A stretch of 64,000 nt of DNA, taken from NCBI GenBank assembly GCA_965223415.1, contig OZ245002.1:5472001-5536000 (forward strand), in the 5' to 3' direction. The notes under the pieces are model-generated. The model made no database searches. It saw only the letters and a list, made by a program, of their open reading frames with translations, and was not told where the DNA came from. This DNA is from Myxococcota bacterium (GTDB taxonomy: Bacteria; Myxococcota_A; UBA9160; UBA6930). This document shows positions 9,642-18,860 of this stretch, in pieces. Every line of letters starts with the position of its first letter. The first letter of the stretch is position 1. Both the position numbers and the translations under genes were made by a program.

Positions 9642-10345
9642 GCCGGCTCACCGCGACCCTGCGGCTCGACGGGCGGCTCCAGGCGCGCAACCACGTGTAC
9701 TGGATCGTGGGCATCGCTGCCCTGGCCCTGGCGCTTCCCCTGCGCGCGCTCTTCACGCCGGACCAGCTCCGCTTCGTGATGCCGATCCTGGCACTCTCCG
9801 GCGTGACGCTCACGACGCTCTTCCTGGTCGGCGTGCTGCTGATGCTCGAGCGCGGAGAAGGCACCCTCGACGTGGTGCGGGTCTCGCCGCTGCGGCCCTC
9901 GGAGTACCTCGCTTCGAAGCTCGTGACGGTGACGGCCCTCGCCCTCGTCGAGAGCGCCGTCATCGTCGGCGCCGCCTACGGCGGGGACGTCTCGCCGCCC
10001 TGGCTCGCGCTGGCGGTGCTGCTGCGCGCCGGCCTGGTGGGGGCCATCAGCGTGGCGGTGGGCGTGCGGCACCGGAGCCTCACCGAGTTCCTGCTGCCGG
10101 CGATCGCCTGGACCCTGGCCCTCGACCTGCCGGTGCTCTGGTACCTGGAGCTGTGGACCTCCCCCATCCTCTACGCCTGGCCCACCCTGCCCTCCCTGCT
10201 GCTGGCCAAGGCCGCGTTCCTGCCCGTCGAAGGCTGGCAGCTCGTCTACGGCTGCGCGTACGGCGCGGTCGCGTTCGCGGCCGCCGTCGTCTGGGCCTCC
10301 CGCTCCCTCGATCGCTTCGTCGTGCGCGGGGAGCCGGCCTCGTGA
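9638..10345 (+). CDS. ABC exporter permease
   Basis: Multiple TM segments, ERGEGTL..VSPLRPSEYLASK; coupled to ATPase. Confidence 0.8.
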   Translation: MSRLTATLRLDGRLQARNHVYWIVGIAALALALPLRALFTPDQLRFVMPILALSGVTLTTLFLVGVLLMLERGEGTLDVVRVSPLRPSEYLASKLVTVTALALVESAVIVGAAYGGDVSPPWLALAVLLRAGLVGAISVAVGVRHRSLTEFLLPAIAWTLALDLPVLWYLELWTSPILYAWPTLPSLLLAKAAFLPVEGWQLVYGCAYGAVAFAAAVVWASRSLDRFVVRGEPAS

Positions 10346-11079
10346 GCGCGCCCCTCGGCCGGGCCCTGCGCGTCCTCGCGCCCAACGACGTCCGCCTCAT
10401 CTGGCGGGACGGCTTCCTGCTGCTCGTGATCGTGGCCCTCCCCCTCGCCTGCCTGGCGCTGCGCTGGCTGGTGCCGATGGTGACGGAGCTCGTCGCCGAG
10501 TGGGTCGCCCTGGAGCGCTACTACGGACTGATCCTCGCCTACCTGCTCGGACAGCAGCCCGTCGTCGTGGGCTACGCCATCGGGATCCTGTTCATCGAGG
10601 AGCGCGACGAGGGAACGCTGCTGGCGCTGCAGACGACGCCGCTTCCCCTCGCGAGCTTCCTCGGCTACCGGCTCGTCGCGGGCATGGCGGTGAGCGTGGC
10701 GCTCACGGTGCTCGGCGTCTCCCTCGCCGGCCTGGTGGAGCTGTCCCTCGCCGAGCTGCTGGGCGCGGCGGCCACCGCCTCCCTCGCGGTTCCGTTGGTG
10801 GCGCTCGGCTACGCGATCTACCTCGACAACAAGCTGCAGGCGGTGGCGTCCGGGAAGCTCGTGCAGGCCTGGGCCGGGCTCCCCGCCCTGCTCTTCTTCG
10901 CGCCCGCGCCCTGGCCGTGGATCGGCAGCCTGGCGGCGCCCCTCTACTACCCCATGCGGCTCTTCTGGAGCGCCGCCGAAGGACGCGCCGAGTGGTGGCT
11001 CGTCCTCCCCGCCGCGCTGCTCATGGGCGGCGCCACCCTCTGGCTGCTCCGGCGCTTCCGGCGCGCCTCCTTCGCTTGA
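10342..11079 (+). CDS. ABC exporter permease (second subunit)
   Basis: TM-rich, EERDEGTL..TPL; coupled to previous gene. Confidence 0.8.
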   Translation: MSAPLGRALRVLAPNDVRLIWRDGFLLLVIVALPLACLALRWLVPMVTELVAEWVALERYYGLILAYLLGQQPVVVGYAIGILFIEERDEGTLLALQTTPLPLASFLGYRLVAGMAVSVALTVLGVSLAGLVELSLAELLGAAATASLAVPLVALGYAIYLDNKLQAVASGKLVQAWAGLPALLFFAPAPWPWIGSLAAPLYYPMRLFWSAAEGRAEWWLVLPAALLMGGATLWLLRRFRRASFA

Positions 11080-11112
11080 CAAGCTGCCGGCCATGGGCGA
11101 TTCGGAGGTGCC

Positions 11113-12282
11113 ATGGCCGTCCCGCTCCTCGACCTGCGCGCCCAGTACGCCGAGATCGCCGACGAGATCGACGAGGCACTGCGGCGGGTCGTGCGCAGCC
11201 AGCGCTTCGTGATGGGCGAAGAGGTCGAGGCCCTCGAGGAGGAGATCGCGGCCTACACCGAAGCGCGTCACGCGGTCGGCTGTGCCTCGGGCTCCGACGC
11301 GGTGCTCCTGGCGCTCTGGGCGTTGGACATAGGCCCCGGCGACGCCGTGCTCTGCCCGACCTACACCTTCTTCGCCACCGCGGGATCGATCTCCCGCCTC
11401 GGCGCCCGGCCCGTGTTCGTCGACCTCGACCCCGCCACCTACAACCTGTGCCTGGATTCCGCGCGCCGCGCCGCCGAGGGCCGGAGCGACCTCAAGGCCG
11501 TCATTCCGGTGGATCTCTACGGCCAGGCCGCCGACCTGGCGGGCACGCGCGCCCTGGCCGACGAGCTCGGCATCGCCGTGGTCGAGGACGCCGCCCAGGC
11601 GATCGGAGGGCGCGACCGGGAAGGCCGGCCGGTGGGCTCGGCCTGCGAGCAGGTCACCTTCAGCTTCTTCCCCAGCAAGAACCTGGGCGCCTTCGGCGAG
11701 GGCGGCATGATCACGACGGCGAGCGACGAGCTGGCCGAGCGCCTCCGCCTCCTGCGCCTGCACGGCGCCGAGCCCAAGTACCACCACACCCTCGTCGGCA
11801 TGAACTCGCGGCTCGACGCGCTGCAGGCCGCGGTGCTGCGGGTGAAGCTGCGCCACCTCGAGGGCTGGCACGAGCGGCGGCGCCAGAACGCGGAGCACTA
11901 CGACGCGCTCTTCCTCGGCGCGGGCGCCCGGGATTCGCGGATCTCCCTCGACGAGCCGGCCGAGCTGCCCCTGCGCGTGCCCTTCCGGGAGCCCGAGCCG
12001 GTCCGTCACATCGTGAACCAGTACGTCGTCCGCGTGCCTGCGGAGCGGCGCGACGCCCTGCGCGAGCACCTGGCCGCGGCGGAGATCGGCAGCGAGATCT
12101 ACTACCCGATCCCGCTCCACCTCCAGGCCTGCTTCACCGAGCTGGGCGGCCGCCCCGGCGACCATCCCCACGCCGAGCGCGCCGCCGCCGAGACCGTGGC
12201 CCTCCCCGTCTACCCCGAGCTCACGAAGGCGGGGCGCGAGACCGTCGCGACCCACGTGATCGACTTCCTGCGCCAGGGCTAG
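11113..12282 (+). CDS. DegT/DnrJ/EryC1/StrS-family PLP aminotransferase
   Basis: TFFATAG, VVEDAAQA, SFFPSKNLG, NSRLDALQAA. Confidence 0.92.
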   Translation: MAVPLLDLRAQYAEIADEIDEALRRVVRSQRFVMGEEVEALEEEIAAYTEARHAVGCASGSDAVLLALWALDIGPGDAVLCPTYTFFATAGSISRLGARPVFVDLDPATYNLCLDSARRAAEGRSDLKAVIPVDLYGQAADLAGTRALADELGIAVVEDAAQAIGGRDREGRPVGSACEQVTFSFFPSKNLGAFGEGGMITTASDELAERLRLLRLHGAEPKYHHTLVGMNSRLDALQAAVLRVKLRHLEGWHERRRQNAEHYDALFLGAGARDSRISLDEPAELPLRVPFREPEPVRHIVNQYVVRVPAERRDALREHLAAAEIGSEIYYPIPLHLQACFTELGGRPGDHPHAERAAAETVALPVYPELTKAGRETVATHVIDFLRQG

Positions 12283-12288
12283 ACGCCC

Positions 12289-13671
12289 ATGGCCTTCTCG
12301 CGCTGGCGCGACCACGACCACACCCGCGGCAGCCTGCTCACCTCGATCCTGGCGCTGGCCGTGCCCTCGATCGTCACCTCGGTCGGCGCCATGGGCCTGT
12401 TCCAGATGGTCGACCTGTGGTTCCTGGGCCAGCTCGGGCCGGACGCCCTGGCCGCCGCCGGCGCCACGAACCAGACGCTGCGCCAGATCATCTTCCTCGT
12501 GACGATGGGGCTGATGACCGCGACCCAGATGTTCGTCGCCCGCAGCATCGGCGAAGGCGCCATCGACCGCGCCGAGCACACAGCCGGCCAGACCCTGCTG
12601 ATCGGCACGGGGATCTGGCTGGCCGTCACCGCCCTCGGCCTCTTCGCCGCCCGCCCGCTCGTGAGCCTGGTCGCGACCGACCCGGCGGTGATCGACCTGG
12701 GCGAGGCCTACGTGCGCGTCGCCTTCCCGTTCATGGCCGCGGCCATCTTCACCCAGCTCGCCTCGGCGGTGCTGGGCGGCGCAGGCGACACGACCACCCC
12801 GATGATCGCCAGCTTCGTGCAGACGCCCATCGCGCTGCTCGGCGAGTGGTGCTTCGGCTTCGGTCACCTGGGAGCCCCGAACCTGGGCATCGTCGGGATC
12901 GCCCTGGGCACGGGCCTCGGCGGTTTGGCGGGCCTGGCCGTGCTGATCGCCGCCCTCTTCCGCGGCGGCGCCCGCGTGCACGTGCGCGCCCATCACCTGC
13001 GCCCGGACCTCCGCGCCATGGGCGACCTCCTGCGCTTCTCCTGGCAGCCGGCGGCGCACATGCTGGCCCGCAGCACCATCGTCGTCTTCTTCATGACCCT
13101 CGCCGGAAGGCTCGGCGGCGAGGTGCAGGCCGCCTACACCATCGGCCTGCGCGTGGAGATGCTGCCGATCATGGTGGCGTTCCCGATCGCCAACGCCTGC
13201 GCCACGATGGTCGGCCAGAACCTGGGCGCGGGCTCCCTGCCCCGGGCCTGGCGCGCGATCCGCGTCACCTTCGCCGTCGAGCTCGCCGCCATGTGGCCCG
13301 CGGCCCTGGCGATCTTCCTCTTCCGCCACACGCTCGTCGGCTGGTTCACCGACGATCCGGAGGTCGCGCGCCTGGCCGCCGAGTACCTCGTCTACGCCTC
13401 CGTGATCCTCGCCTTCTACGGCCTCTACTTCGCCTCCTTCCGCGCGCTCCAGGCCGCCGGCGACATGACCTCCCCGATGGTCATCTCGATCAGCGTCGCC
13501 GGCTTCCTCGGCATCCCCCTGGCCCTCTACCTGACCGGCACCGACTACGGCGCCACCGGCATGTGGATCGCGAACCTGGCCTACGCCCTCGTGAACGCCC
13601 TGCTGATGGTCGGCTGGCTCCTCACCGGACGCTGGGCGCGGCCCCACGTCCCGGATGCGCCGCCAGGATAG
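12289..13671 (+). CDS. MATE-family efflux transporter
   Basis: LAVPSI, VDLWFLGQLG, GAGDTTTPM, VGQNLGAG; TM-rich throughout. Confidence 0.9.
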   Translation: MAFSRWRDHDHTRGSLLTSILALAVPSIVTSVGAMGLFQMVDLWFLGQLGPDALAAAGATNQTLRQIIFLVTMGLMTATQMFVARSIGEGAIDRAEHTAGQTLLIGTGIWLAVTALGLFAARPLVSLVATDPAVIDLGEAYVRVAFPFMAAAIFTQLASAVLGGAGDTTTPMIASFVQTPIALLGEWCFGFGHLGAPNLGIVGIALGTGLGGLAGLAVLIAALFRGGARVHVRAHHLRPDLRAMGDLLRFSWQPAAHMLARSTIVVFFMTLAGRLGGEVQAAYTIGLRVEMLPIMVAFPIANACATMVGQNLGAGSLPRAWRAIRVTFAVELAAMWPAALAIFLFRHTLVGWFTDDPEVARLAAEYLVYASVILAFYGLYFASFRALQAAGDMTSPMVISISVAGFLGIPLALYLTGTDYGATGMWIANLAYALVNALLMVGWLLTGRWARPHVPDAPPG

Positions 13672-13701
13672 AGCGCGGCCGTGGCCTATGTTCCGGAGCC
13701 C

Positions 13702-13775
13702 GGGCGCGTAGCTCAGTTGGCTAGAGCACCTGCCTTACAAGCAGGGGGTCCCCCGTTCGAGTCGGGGCGCGCCCA
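13702..13775 (+). tRNA. tRNA-Val(TAC), CCA not encoded in this copy
   Basis: GGGCGCG/CGCGCCC acceptor stem, TAGCTCAG D arm, CCTGC-CTTACAA-GCAGG anticodon arm, GTTCGAGTC T loop. Confidence 0.95.
13733..13775 (+). repeat. att core copy 1 (43 bp, 3' part of tRNA-Val)
   Basis: Identical to 18788-18830. Confidence 0.95.
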
Positions 13776-13867
13776 GGGGCGCGGGGGCGTCGAAGTGCCC
13801 GGCGCTACAGGCGAAGTGTCGACGCGCTCACTAGGTCGCTCACGGTCGGCTTGACCTGCCGCGACCG

Positions 13868-13887
13868 CCGGTGCCGCCAGGTGCCGT
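13868..13887. repeat. Candidate arm-type integrase sites (CCGGTGCCGC CAGGTGCCGT)
   Basis: Tandem 10-mers ~100 bp inside the left att, matching 18035-18062. Confidence 0.6.
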
Positions 13888-14930
13888 TCGGAGACGTTCG
13901 TGAGGGCGTCCGCGTAGCCAGTCGTCTCGTCGGGGAGGAAGTGCCCGTAGGTGTCCCAAAGCATCGACGCGCTCTCCCAGCCACCCTGGGCCTGAACCCA
14001 CTTCGGGTTCGTGCCCCGCGCCAGGTGGAGCGTCGCGAACGTGTGTCGCAGTCCGTGGGGGGTCAACCCCCGATCGGCCCCAAGGACATCTTCGACGAGC
14101 TTGTCGAAGGTCCGGCTACGGAAGTTCTTGGGATTGCGGAATCCCCCTTCCCGGGTCGGGAACACCAACGTGTCAGGGCCGAAGAGGTCGGGGCGCCGTA
14201 GCTCCAGCTCATGTCGAAGACGGCCAGACAGCTCGATGCTGCGACTCACTCCGGTCTTTGTGCTCTCCATCAGGTGCTTGCCGCTGGAGAAGCTTCGGCA
14301 AATTCGGGCTTTGCCCGCGTGCAGGTCTACGTCAGCCCAACGCAAAGCGCTCGCCTCGCCGATTCGAGCCCCTGTGTCGGCCATGAATAGGATGAAAGGG
14401 AAGTCGAACGGGAACCGGGCCTGAGCCCGCCTCAGAAACGCGTCAAGCTCGTCTCCAGTCAGGACGTTCTCGGGATTGACCTCACGAGAACGCCGGCCAC
14501 GTCGCCGCCGCCGGTTTCGCATCCAGACCTCTGCCGGATTGCGGGCGATGTGCTCCCTCGATTCGGCATCCGCGAGGACAAGCCGGAGGGTCTTGATGAC
14601 CTTGAGAATCCATACATCGGACCAGACCTCCCGACGGACCCAAGAGCTCAAGCCGTCGCTGATGTCATTGGACCGATGATCCCCATCGCCATCGCAAGTG
14701 GAGTAGCATCAACGGTAGTTGCGCCGGTGGCGGCCGGGGGCGTGTCTGTATACACGTCGGTGCAGGCAGGAGCTATCAACTACGTCGGCATCACGAACAA
14801 GATTGCGAGACGGGCTGGTGAGCAGCTCCTCGAGCGAGGCATCGCGATTCGGGGAGTTCCGGGCCTTGAGAACTTGACGCGTCTACAGGCGCGAGGAGTT
14901 GAGCAGGCTCTCATAAACTCCCTAGGTCTA

Positions 14931-16589
14931 CTTCCCGTCCGAGAAGAGCCGTTCGTCGGCCTCTTAGTGGATCGTTGGCGGTCTTCGCGGGCGTTGAGAG
15001 TAGCGATGTCACAGCAGTCCCGGAGCCGTCGGGGTGAGTGAGCGACCGTGTTCCGATGCGCGGGCGCACGTGTCCACCGACCGAACCACTCTCAGGGGTT
15101 CAGGCGAACTCGCGAGTCAGCAGGTGGCGGGCCAAGGCGACGAGGTTGAAGCTCGTCACACTGGCCCAGACATAGGCCTTGAAGGACGCCAGGCCCCGCC
15201 AGGTGCATCGGTCCATCTGGAACGCTCGCTTGAGCGTCGAGATCACGCCCTCGATCCCCGAGCGGAAGTCACGAAGGCGCCGGAAGACCCAGGCGCTGCG
15301 CACCATCTCGTGGACCTCGAGTCCGCTCTTCTTGTTGAAGGCCATGTCTTCCACGCCGAGCGCCTTGGCCTTGGCAACGTTGTCCATGGACGCGAAGCCT
15401 CCGTCCATCGCCACTTGGCGGGGTGCCTTGCCGAAGAGATCTGCATGGCGCTCGAGCGTACGTTCGACCAGCGTCGAGTCCGTAGGGTTTCCTTCCTCGA
15501 TGACACAGTCGAGGACGAGTGACGACCTGCCGCCAGTCAGACAGACCTTGTGACCGTAGTAGGTGCCTCGATTGTCCTTCACGAGGATGTCCGAGTGCGG
15601 CTCGAAGATCGACACGATCTTCTCGGCTGCAGGGACGCGCTCGCCTTCGAGGACACGGCGACGGCTCTGATCGATGACGCGCTCGACGAGGGGAAGCACC
15701 GCGAGGAGCTCTTCGCGAAGCGGCGTCGTGTCTTCGACTCGGGCGACCCTCTCCGCGACGCTACGGGCCGCTTGGCAGACCTCTTCCGTGGCCCGGATCA
15801 TGCACCGATAGCTCGCGACCAGGTTGATCGACCGCCGGTGGAACTTGATCGCGTAGGCGCGTCGCTTCACGCAACGACGACGATCCGGGAACATCTTGCG
15901 CAGCGAAGGGCGTTGCTTCGCCATCCTTCGCAAAATCCGCGTCATCACCCGAACGCTGTCCCAGAGCAGGGCCGAGTCGGCGGGCTCGTGGATGTTCGCC
16001 TCGACGACCGTCGTATCCGCCCGAATCGTCTCGCCTCGTTCGATTCCTTCCCGGCGAGCCAGGCCGATCAACGCACGGTGGATGGCTTCCCACGTCTCGG
16101 GCCGGATCCGTTTGACGTTGTCCTGAAGGGTCTGGAAGCGGGGCCAGTCACCAAGCCCGAGTCCTACGAAGCTGCGGAAGGCGGCCGAGTCCTGGAGGTG
16201 AAACTCCAACTCCCGGTAGCTCAGCCCGTGGATCTGCTTGAGTAGGGCGATTCGAAGGACCTGATCGCCGCTGAGGCCCCGACGGCCGGTATCGGCGCGA
16301 CGTTCCCCGATCAGATCTCCGTGCACAACAGCACCCAAGCGCGGATCCGCCCCGAGGATCCTGGCGATCATCTGCAGCTCTCGGGTATGTTGATGCGGAC
16401 CCCATGTGGGCGTGAGTGAGAGCTGAGTTTCTCGGAATTGGCGCATCGCTTCACCCCCCGGTTGGCGAATTGCTGTGTATGTTCGGTAGGTTGGCACCAC
16501 CTAACATACACCAATCGCAACTCGATCGGGAGGCGCGTTTGCGCCAATTCCTTTTCTTCTCAGTGACTTACGAGTTCTTGGACGGGAAG
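14931..16589 (-). mobile_element. Insertion sequence, ISNCY/IS5-like DDE, 1659 bp
   Basis: Terminal IRs CTTCCCGTCC(G/A)AGAA; flanking direct repeat TAGGTCTA at 14923-14930 and 16590-16597. Confidence 0.92.
15100..16446 (-). CDS. DDE transposase (ISNCY/IS5-like)
   Basis: LSYRELEFHLQDS, RADTTVVEANIHEPADS, EKIVSIFEPH, MDGGF, FRSGIEGVIS. Confidence 0.9.
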   Translation of the reverse strand: MRQFRETQLSLTPTWGPHQHTRELQMIARILGADPRLGAVVHGDLIGERRADTGRRGLSGDQVLRIALLKQIHGLSYRELEFHLQDSAAFRSFVGLGLGDWPRFQTLQDNVKRIRPETWEAIHRALIGLARREGIERGETIRADTTVVEANIHEPADSALLWDSVRVMTRILRRMAKQRPSLRKMFPDRRRCVKRRAYAIKFHRRSINLVASYRCMIRATEEVCQAARSVAERVARVEDTTPLREELLAVLPLVERVIDQSRRRVLEGERVPAAEKIVSIFEPHSDILVKDNRGTYYGHKVCLTGGRSSLVLDCVIEEGNPTDSTLVERTLERHADLFGKAPRQVAMDGGFASMDNVAKAKALGVEDMAFNKKSGLEVHEMVRSAWVFRRLRDFRSGIEGVISTLKRAFQMDRCTWRGLASFKAYVWASVTSFNLVALARHLLTREFA

Positions 16590-16741
16590 TAGGTCTAGCG
16601 AAGAACGGGGGATCTCTTCTGAACAAGATCAACAGCATTTCGCCGAAGAACGCCAACTACAACGCGTTGGTTCGGGAAGGCCAGCGGCTCCTGCGGAGAG
16701 CGGGGTTCCCGGGCTTCTAGAGGGACTCACGTAGGGGCAAC

Positions 16742-17209
16742 ATGACAGTCAAGAAAGCAAGGCCTGGCGATGTGTTCGAAATCGGCACCAGCCGCGGCCT
16801 CGCGTACGCGCAGATCACTCACCGTCACAAGCAGTACGGCCATCTGGTACGCGTCCTGCCAGGGCTCTTCCCTGCGACTCCCAGGGACCTCGGAGGTCTT
16901 GTGAGTGAGCCGGCCGCGTTCGCAACATTCTTCCCGCTCGACGCCGCGCTGAGGGCAGGGGTTGTCAAGGCGATTGGGAACTACCCGATTCCACGCTCAG
17001 CAGCCGGCTTTCCGTTGTTCAGAACTGGCGTTCCCAATCCTGCAACCGGCGAAGTGGAGACGTGGTGGTTTTGGGACGGCGAAAGGGAGTGGCGTGTCGG
17101 TTCGATCTCTGACGAGCAGCAGTCAATGCCCATCAGGGAGATCCTCACGCTCCCGACGCTTGTGGAGAGGATCGAGGATCAGGAGGCAAAGGGGGGCGGC
17201 TCCGGTTAG
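16742..17209 (+). CDS. Probable immunity protein (Imm26-like)
   Basis: GDVFEI..GLAYAQ..YGHLVRV..WWFWDG; begins 21 nt after the toxin stop. Confidence 0.65.
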   Translation: MTVKKARPGDVFEIGTSRGLAYAQITHRHKQYGHLVRVLPGLFPATPRDLGGLVSEPAAFATFFPLDAALRAGVVKAIGNYPIPRSAAGFPLFRTGVPNPATGEVETWWFWDGEREWRVGSISDEQQSMPIREILTLPTLVERIEDQEAKGGGSG

Positions 17210-17225
17210 CCTTGCCGGCGAATCA

Positions 17226-17627
17226 ATGGGTGCATGGGGCGTAGGCTGCTTCGACAACGATGACGCTGTTGATTGGCTGAATCGGATCATTAGCGCGGAG
17301 GACGGTCTGCTAGAGGTCGAGGGGGCGCTTCAAGCTGTGGTTCATGACTCCGCCGCTGAGTACGTCGACGCACCGGAAGCCTGTGAAGCGTTGGTTGCGG
17401 CTGAGGTTGTCGCAGCCTTGTGCGGAAGTCCCGCGCGCCATCTCCCCCCCGAGTTGATCGCCTGGCTGAGCGGGAAGCCTGTTGCCGACAATGACACCCG
17501 AGGTCTCGCACGCGAGGCCGTCGAGCAGATCGGAATACGATCAGAGCTGCGAGAGCTGTGGGGCGAGTCCGGTGAGCTAGCCGAGTGGTTCTCGGTGCTA
17601 CGCGACCTGGCCGATCGCCTTCAATAG
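17226..17627 (+). CDS. DUF4259-like protein
   Basis: MGAWGVGCFDNDDAVDW, ALVAAEVVA, SELRELW. Confidence 0.8.
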   Translation: MGAWGVGCFDNDDAVDWLNRIISAEDGLLEVEGALQAVVHDSAAEYVDAPEACEALVAAEVVAALCGSPARHLPPELIAWLSGKPVADNDTRGLAREAVEQIGIRSELRELWGESGELAEWFSVLRDLADRLQ

Positions 17628-17858
17628 TGCGAAGGCGCTTCGGTGTCGGCTGTCGCGTGGCGTACGAATGTTGAGCCAGCGGTCGGCGGGAGGACCGAGA
17701 ATGGCCGCAACGGACTGCCATGGCGGGTGCTGATCGGGCACGCGGATTTGGAGTGCCGGCGGTCGAGGTCTTGTCCCCCAGGGGAATAGCCACTCCCGGA
17801 GGTTCTCCAATTTTCGAGAGGTCCCACTGACGAAACCGAGGGGGGTCCGTGGGTGGGT

Positions 17859-17886
17859 CCCCCCCCCCCCCCCCCCCCCCCCCCCC
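17859..17886. repeat. Poly-C homopolymer (28 nt)
   Basis: Directly visible. Confidence 0.9.
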
Positions 17887-18034
17887 TGGTGCCGGCAGGG
17901 CGGCCCAGCACATGCGGCACAACCACGTGTAGGGTCCGCCTGGGGGGCGTCGGGGCGTCACCGGCGCCCTGCCCTGCTCCCTCGCGCAGCCGCTTGGCTG
18001 AGCCGCGTTGCACGGCCGCGTGTCGCATCCAGAA

Positions 18035-18062
18035 CAGGTGCCGTCAGGTGCCGCGGTGCCGT
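18035..18062. repeat. Candidate arm-type integrase sites (CAGGTGCCGT CAGGTGCCGC GGTGCCGT)
   Basis: Three tandem copies matching 13868-13887. Confidence 0.6.
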
Positions 18063-18116
18063 CCCAGGATCATCACGGTTCCGCACATTGCCGCTCCCTG
18101 CAGAGGCCCAGACACA

Positions 18117-18752
18117 AGTGACTGCTCCCCCGGCAAAGCCGGGGGCATCAGGTGAGCCGCTCAAAGCGGCTGGACGGGGCCGCTTCGCGACCCCTTGCGC
18201 CCCCCTACGGGGGGCAGTGATCCACCGAACTTCAGCTGATCCTGCTGGCGGTCCTCGTTCTCCTGATTCTGGATGTACCGCCGGATCACCTCTTCGTCTC
18301 GCCCCACCGTGGACGCGAAGTAGCCCCGCGCCCAGAAGTGATGCCCCACGAAGTTCCGGCGCCTTTCGCCGAAGTGCCTTGCGATGTGGATCGCGCTCTT
18401 CCCCTTGAGATACCCGATCACCTGCGCCACGGCGTACTTCGGTGGAATCGAGATCAGCATGTGCACGTGATCATCCATCAGATGGCCTTCCTCGATCTCG
18501 CTCTCCTTCTGGCGGGCAAGCCGATGAAAGACCTCCCCCAGGTGCCGCCGGAGCGTCCCGTACAGGACCTTTCGACGGTACTTCGGGATGAAGACGACGT
18601 GGTACTTACACTCCCATTCGCTGTGCTGTAGCTTCCGATGGTTCGACAAGATGCTCCCTCTCGCGATGCTTTGAGCGGCTCACGAGGGGGAGTTTCGCAT
18701 TCCGGAACTGTCAAACTCTGACTGCCTCCCCGGCAAAGCCGGGGGGACTCCC
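18117..18752 (-). mobile_element. IS200-type element (tnpA only; ends approximate)
   Basis: Subterminal hairpins CCCCGGC-AAA-GCCGGGG at 18127-18145 and 18728-18744, both preceded by TGACTGC. Confidence 0.85.
18161..18649 (-). CDS. tnpA: IS200/IS605 Y1 transposase
   Basis: CKYHVVFIPKYRRK, DHVHM (HUH), LKGKS, FWARGY, YIQNQ. Confidence 0.93.
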   Translation of the reverse strand: MSNHRKLQHSEWECKYHVVFIPKYRRKVLYGTLRRHLGEVFHRLARQKESEIEEGHLMDDHVHMLISIPPKYAVAQVIGYLKGKSAIHIARHFGERRRNFVGHHFWARGYFASTVGRDEEVIRRYIQNQENEDRQQDQLKFGGSLPPVGGRKGSRSGPVQPL

Positions 18753-18787
18753 GACGGGCTAGGCGTCGTCGTTAGGCCCCTTGTCGT

Positions 18788-18830
18788 CCTTACAAGCAGG
18801 GGGTCCCCCGTTCGAGTCGGGGCGCGCCCA
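18788..18830 (+). repeat. att core copy 2 (displaced tRNA-Val 3' end, followed by CCA)
   Basis: Identical to 13733-13775; CCA at 18831-18833. Confidence 0.95.
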
Positions 18831-18860
18831 CCAGCGGCCCCTCGACATCGGAGATCTGAC

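Larger units (their letters stand above)
13713..14651 (-). pseudogene. Tyrosine integrase, catalytic domain intact but apparently N-terminally truncated
   Basis: TGARIGE, TKTG, HGLRH, QGGW, DTYGH; integrase-like sequence starts only near 14600 (LRLVLADA..NPA), with no room for arm/core-binding domains. Confidence 0.75.
14676..16720 (+). pseudogene. Polymorphic toxin tip (URI/GIY-YIG-type nuclease) split by IS; parts 14676-14930 and 16598-16720, start uncertain
   Basis: Removing the IS plus one TSD restores VYTS..YVGITNKIARRAGEQ..ARGVEQALINSLGL/AKNGGSLLNKINSISP..GF* in frame. Confidence 0.8.
13733..18830. mobile_element. Decayed genomic island integrated in tRNA-Val
   Basis: 43-bp direct repeats, adjacent tyrosine integrase, visibly AT-richer cargo, two IS. 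Confidence 0.9.

Noticed and set aside
10246..13724. Very long alternative-frame and antisense ORFs (also 18759-21989, 27202-31194, 57748-61869, 58398-61862)
   Set aside because: Shadow ORFs of high-GC genes; Arg/Gly/Pro-rich, no motifs, overlap well-supported CDSs
14550..15041. 163-aa ORF as a complete gene
   Set aside because: Chimera of integrase antisense, toxin fragment and IS end
17827..17840. CTGACGA/GAAA as a hammerhead ribozyme core
   Set aside because: The elements overlap and no stem II or flanking stems are visible
18119..18746. Repeated hairpins as CRISPR or REP elements
   Set aside because: Only two copies, flanking tnpA, so IS200 ends; no CRISPR array seen in the window
13776..18787. 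Island as a prophage or anti-phage defence system
   Set aside because: No structural, replication or recognisable defence genes; cargo fits a toxin-immunity remnant
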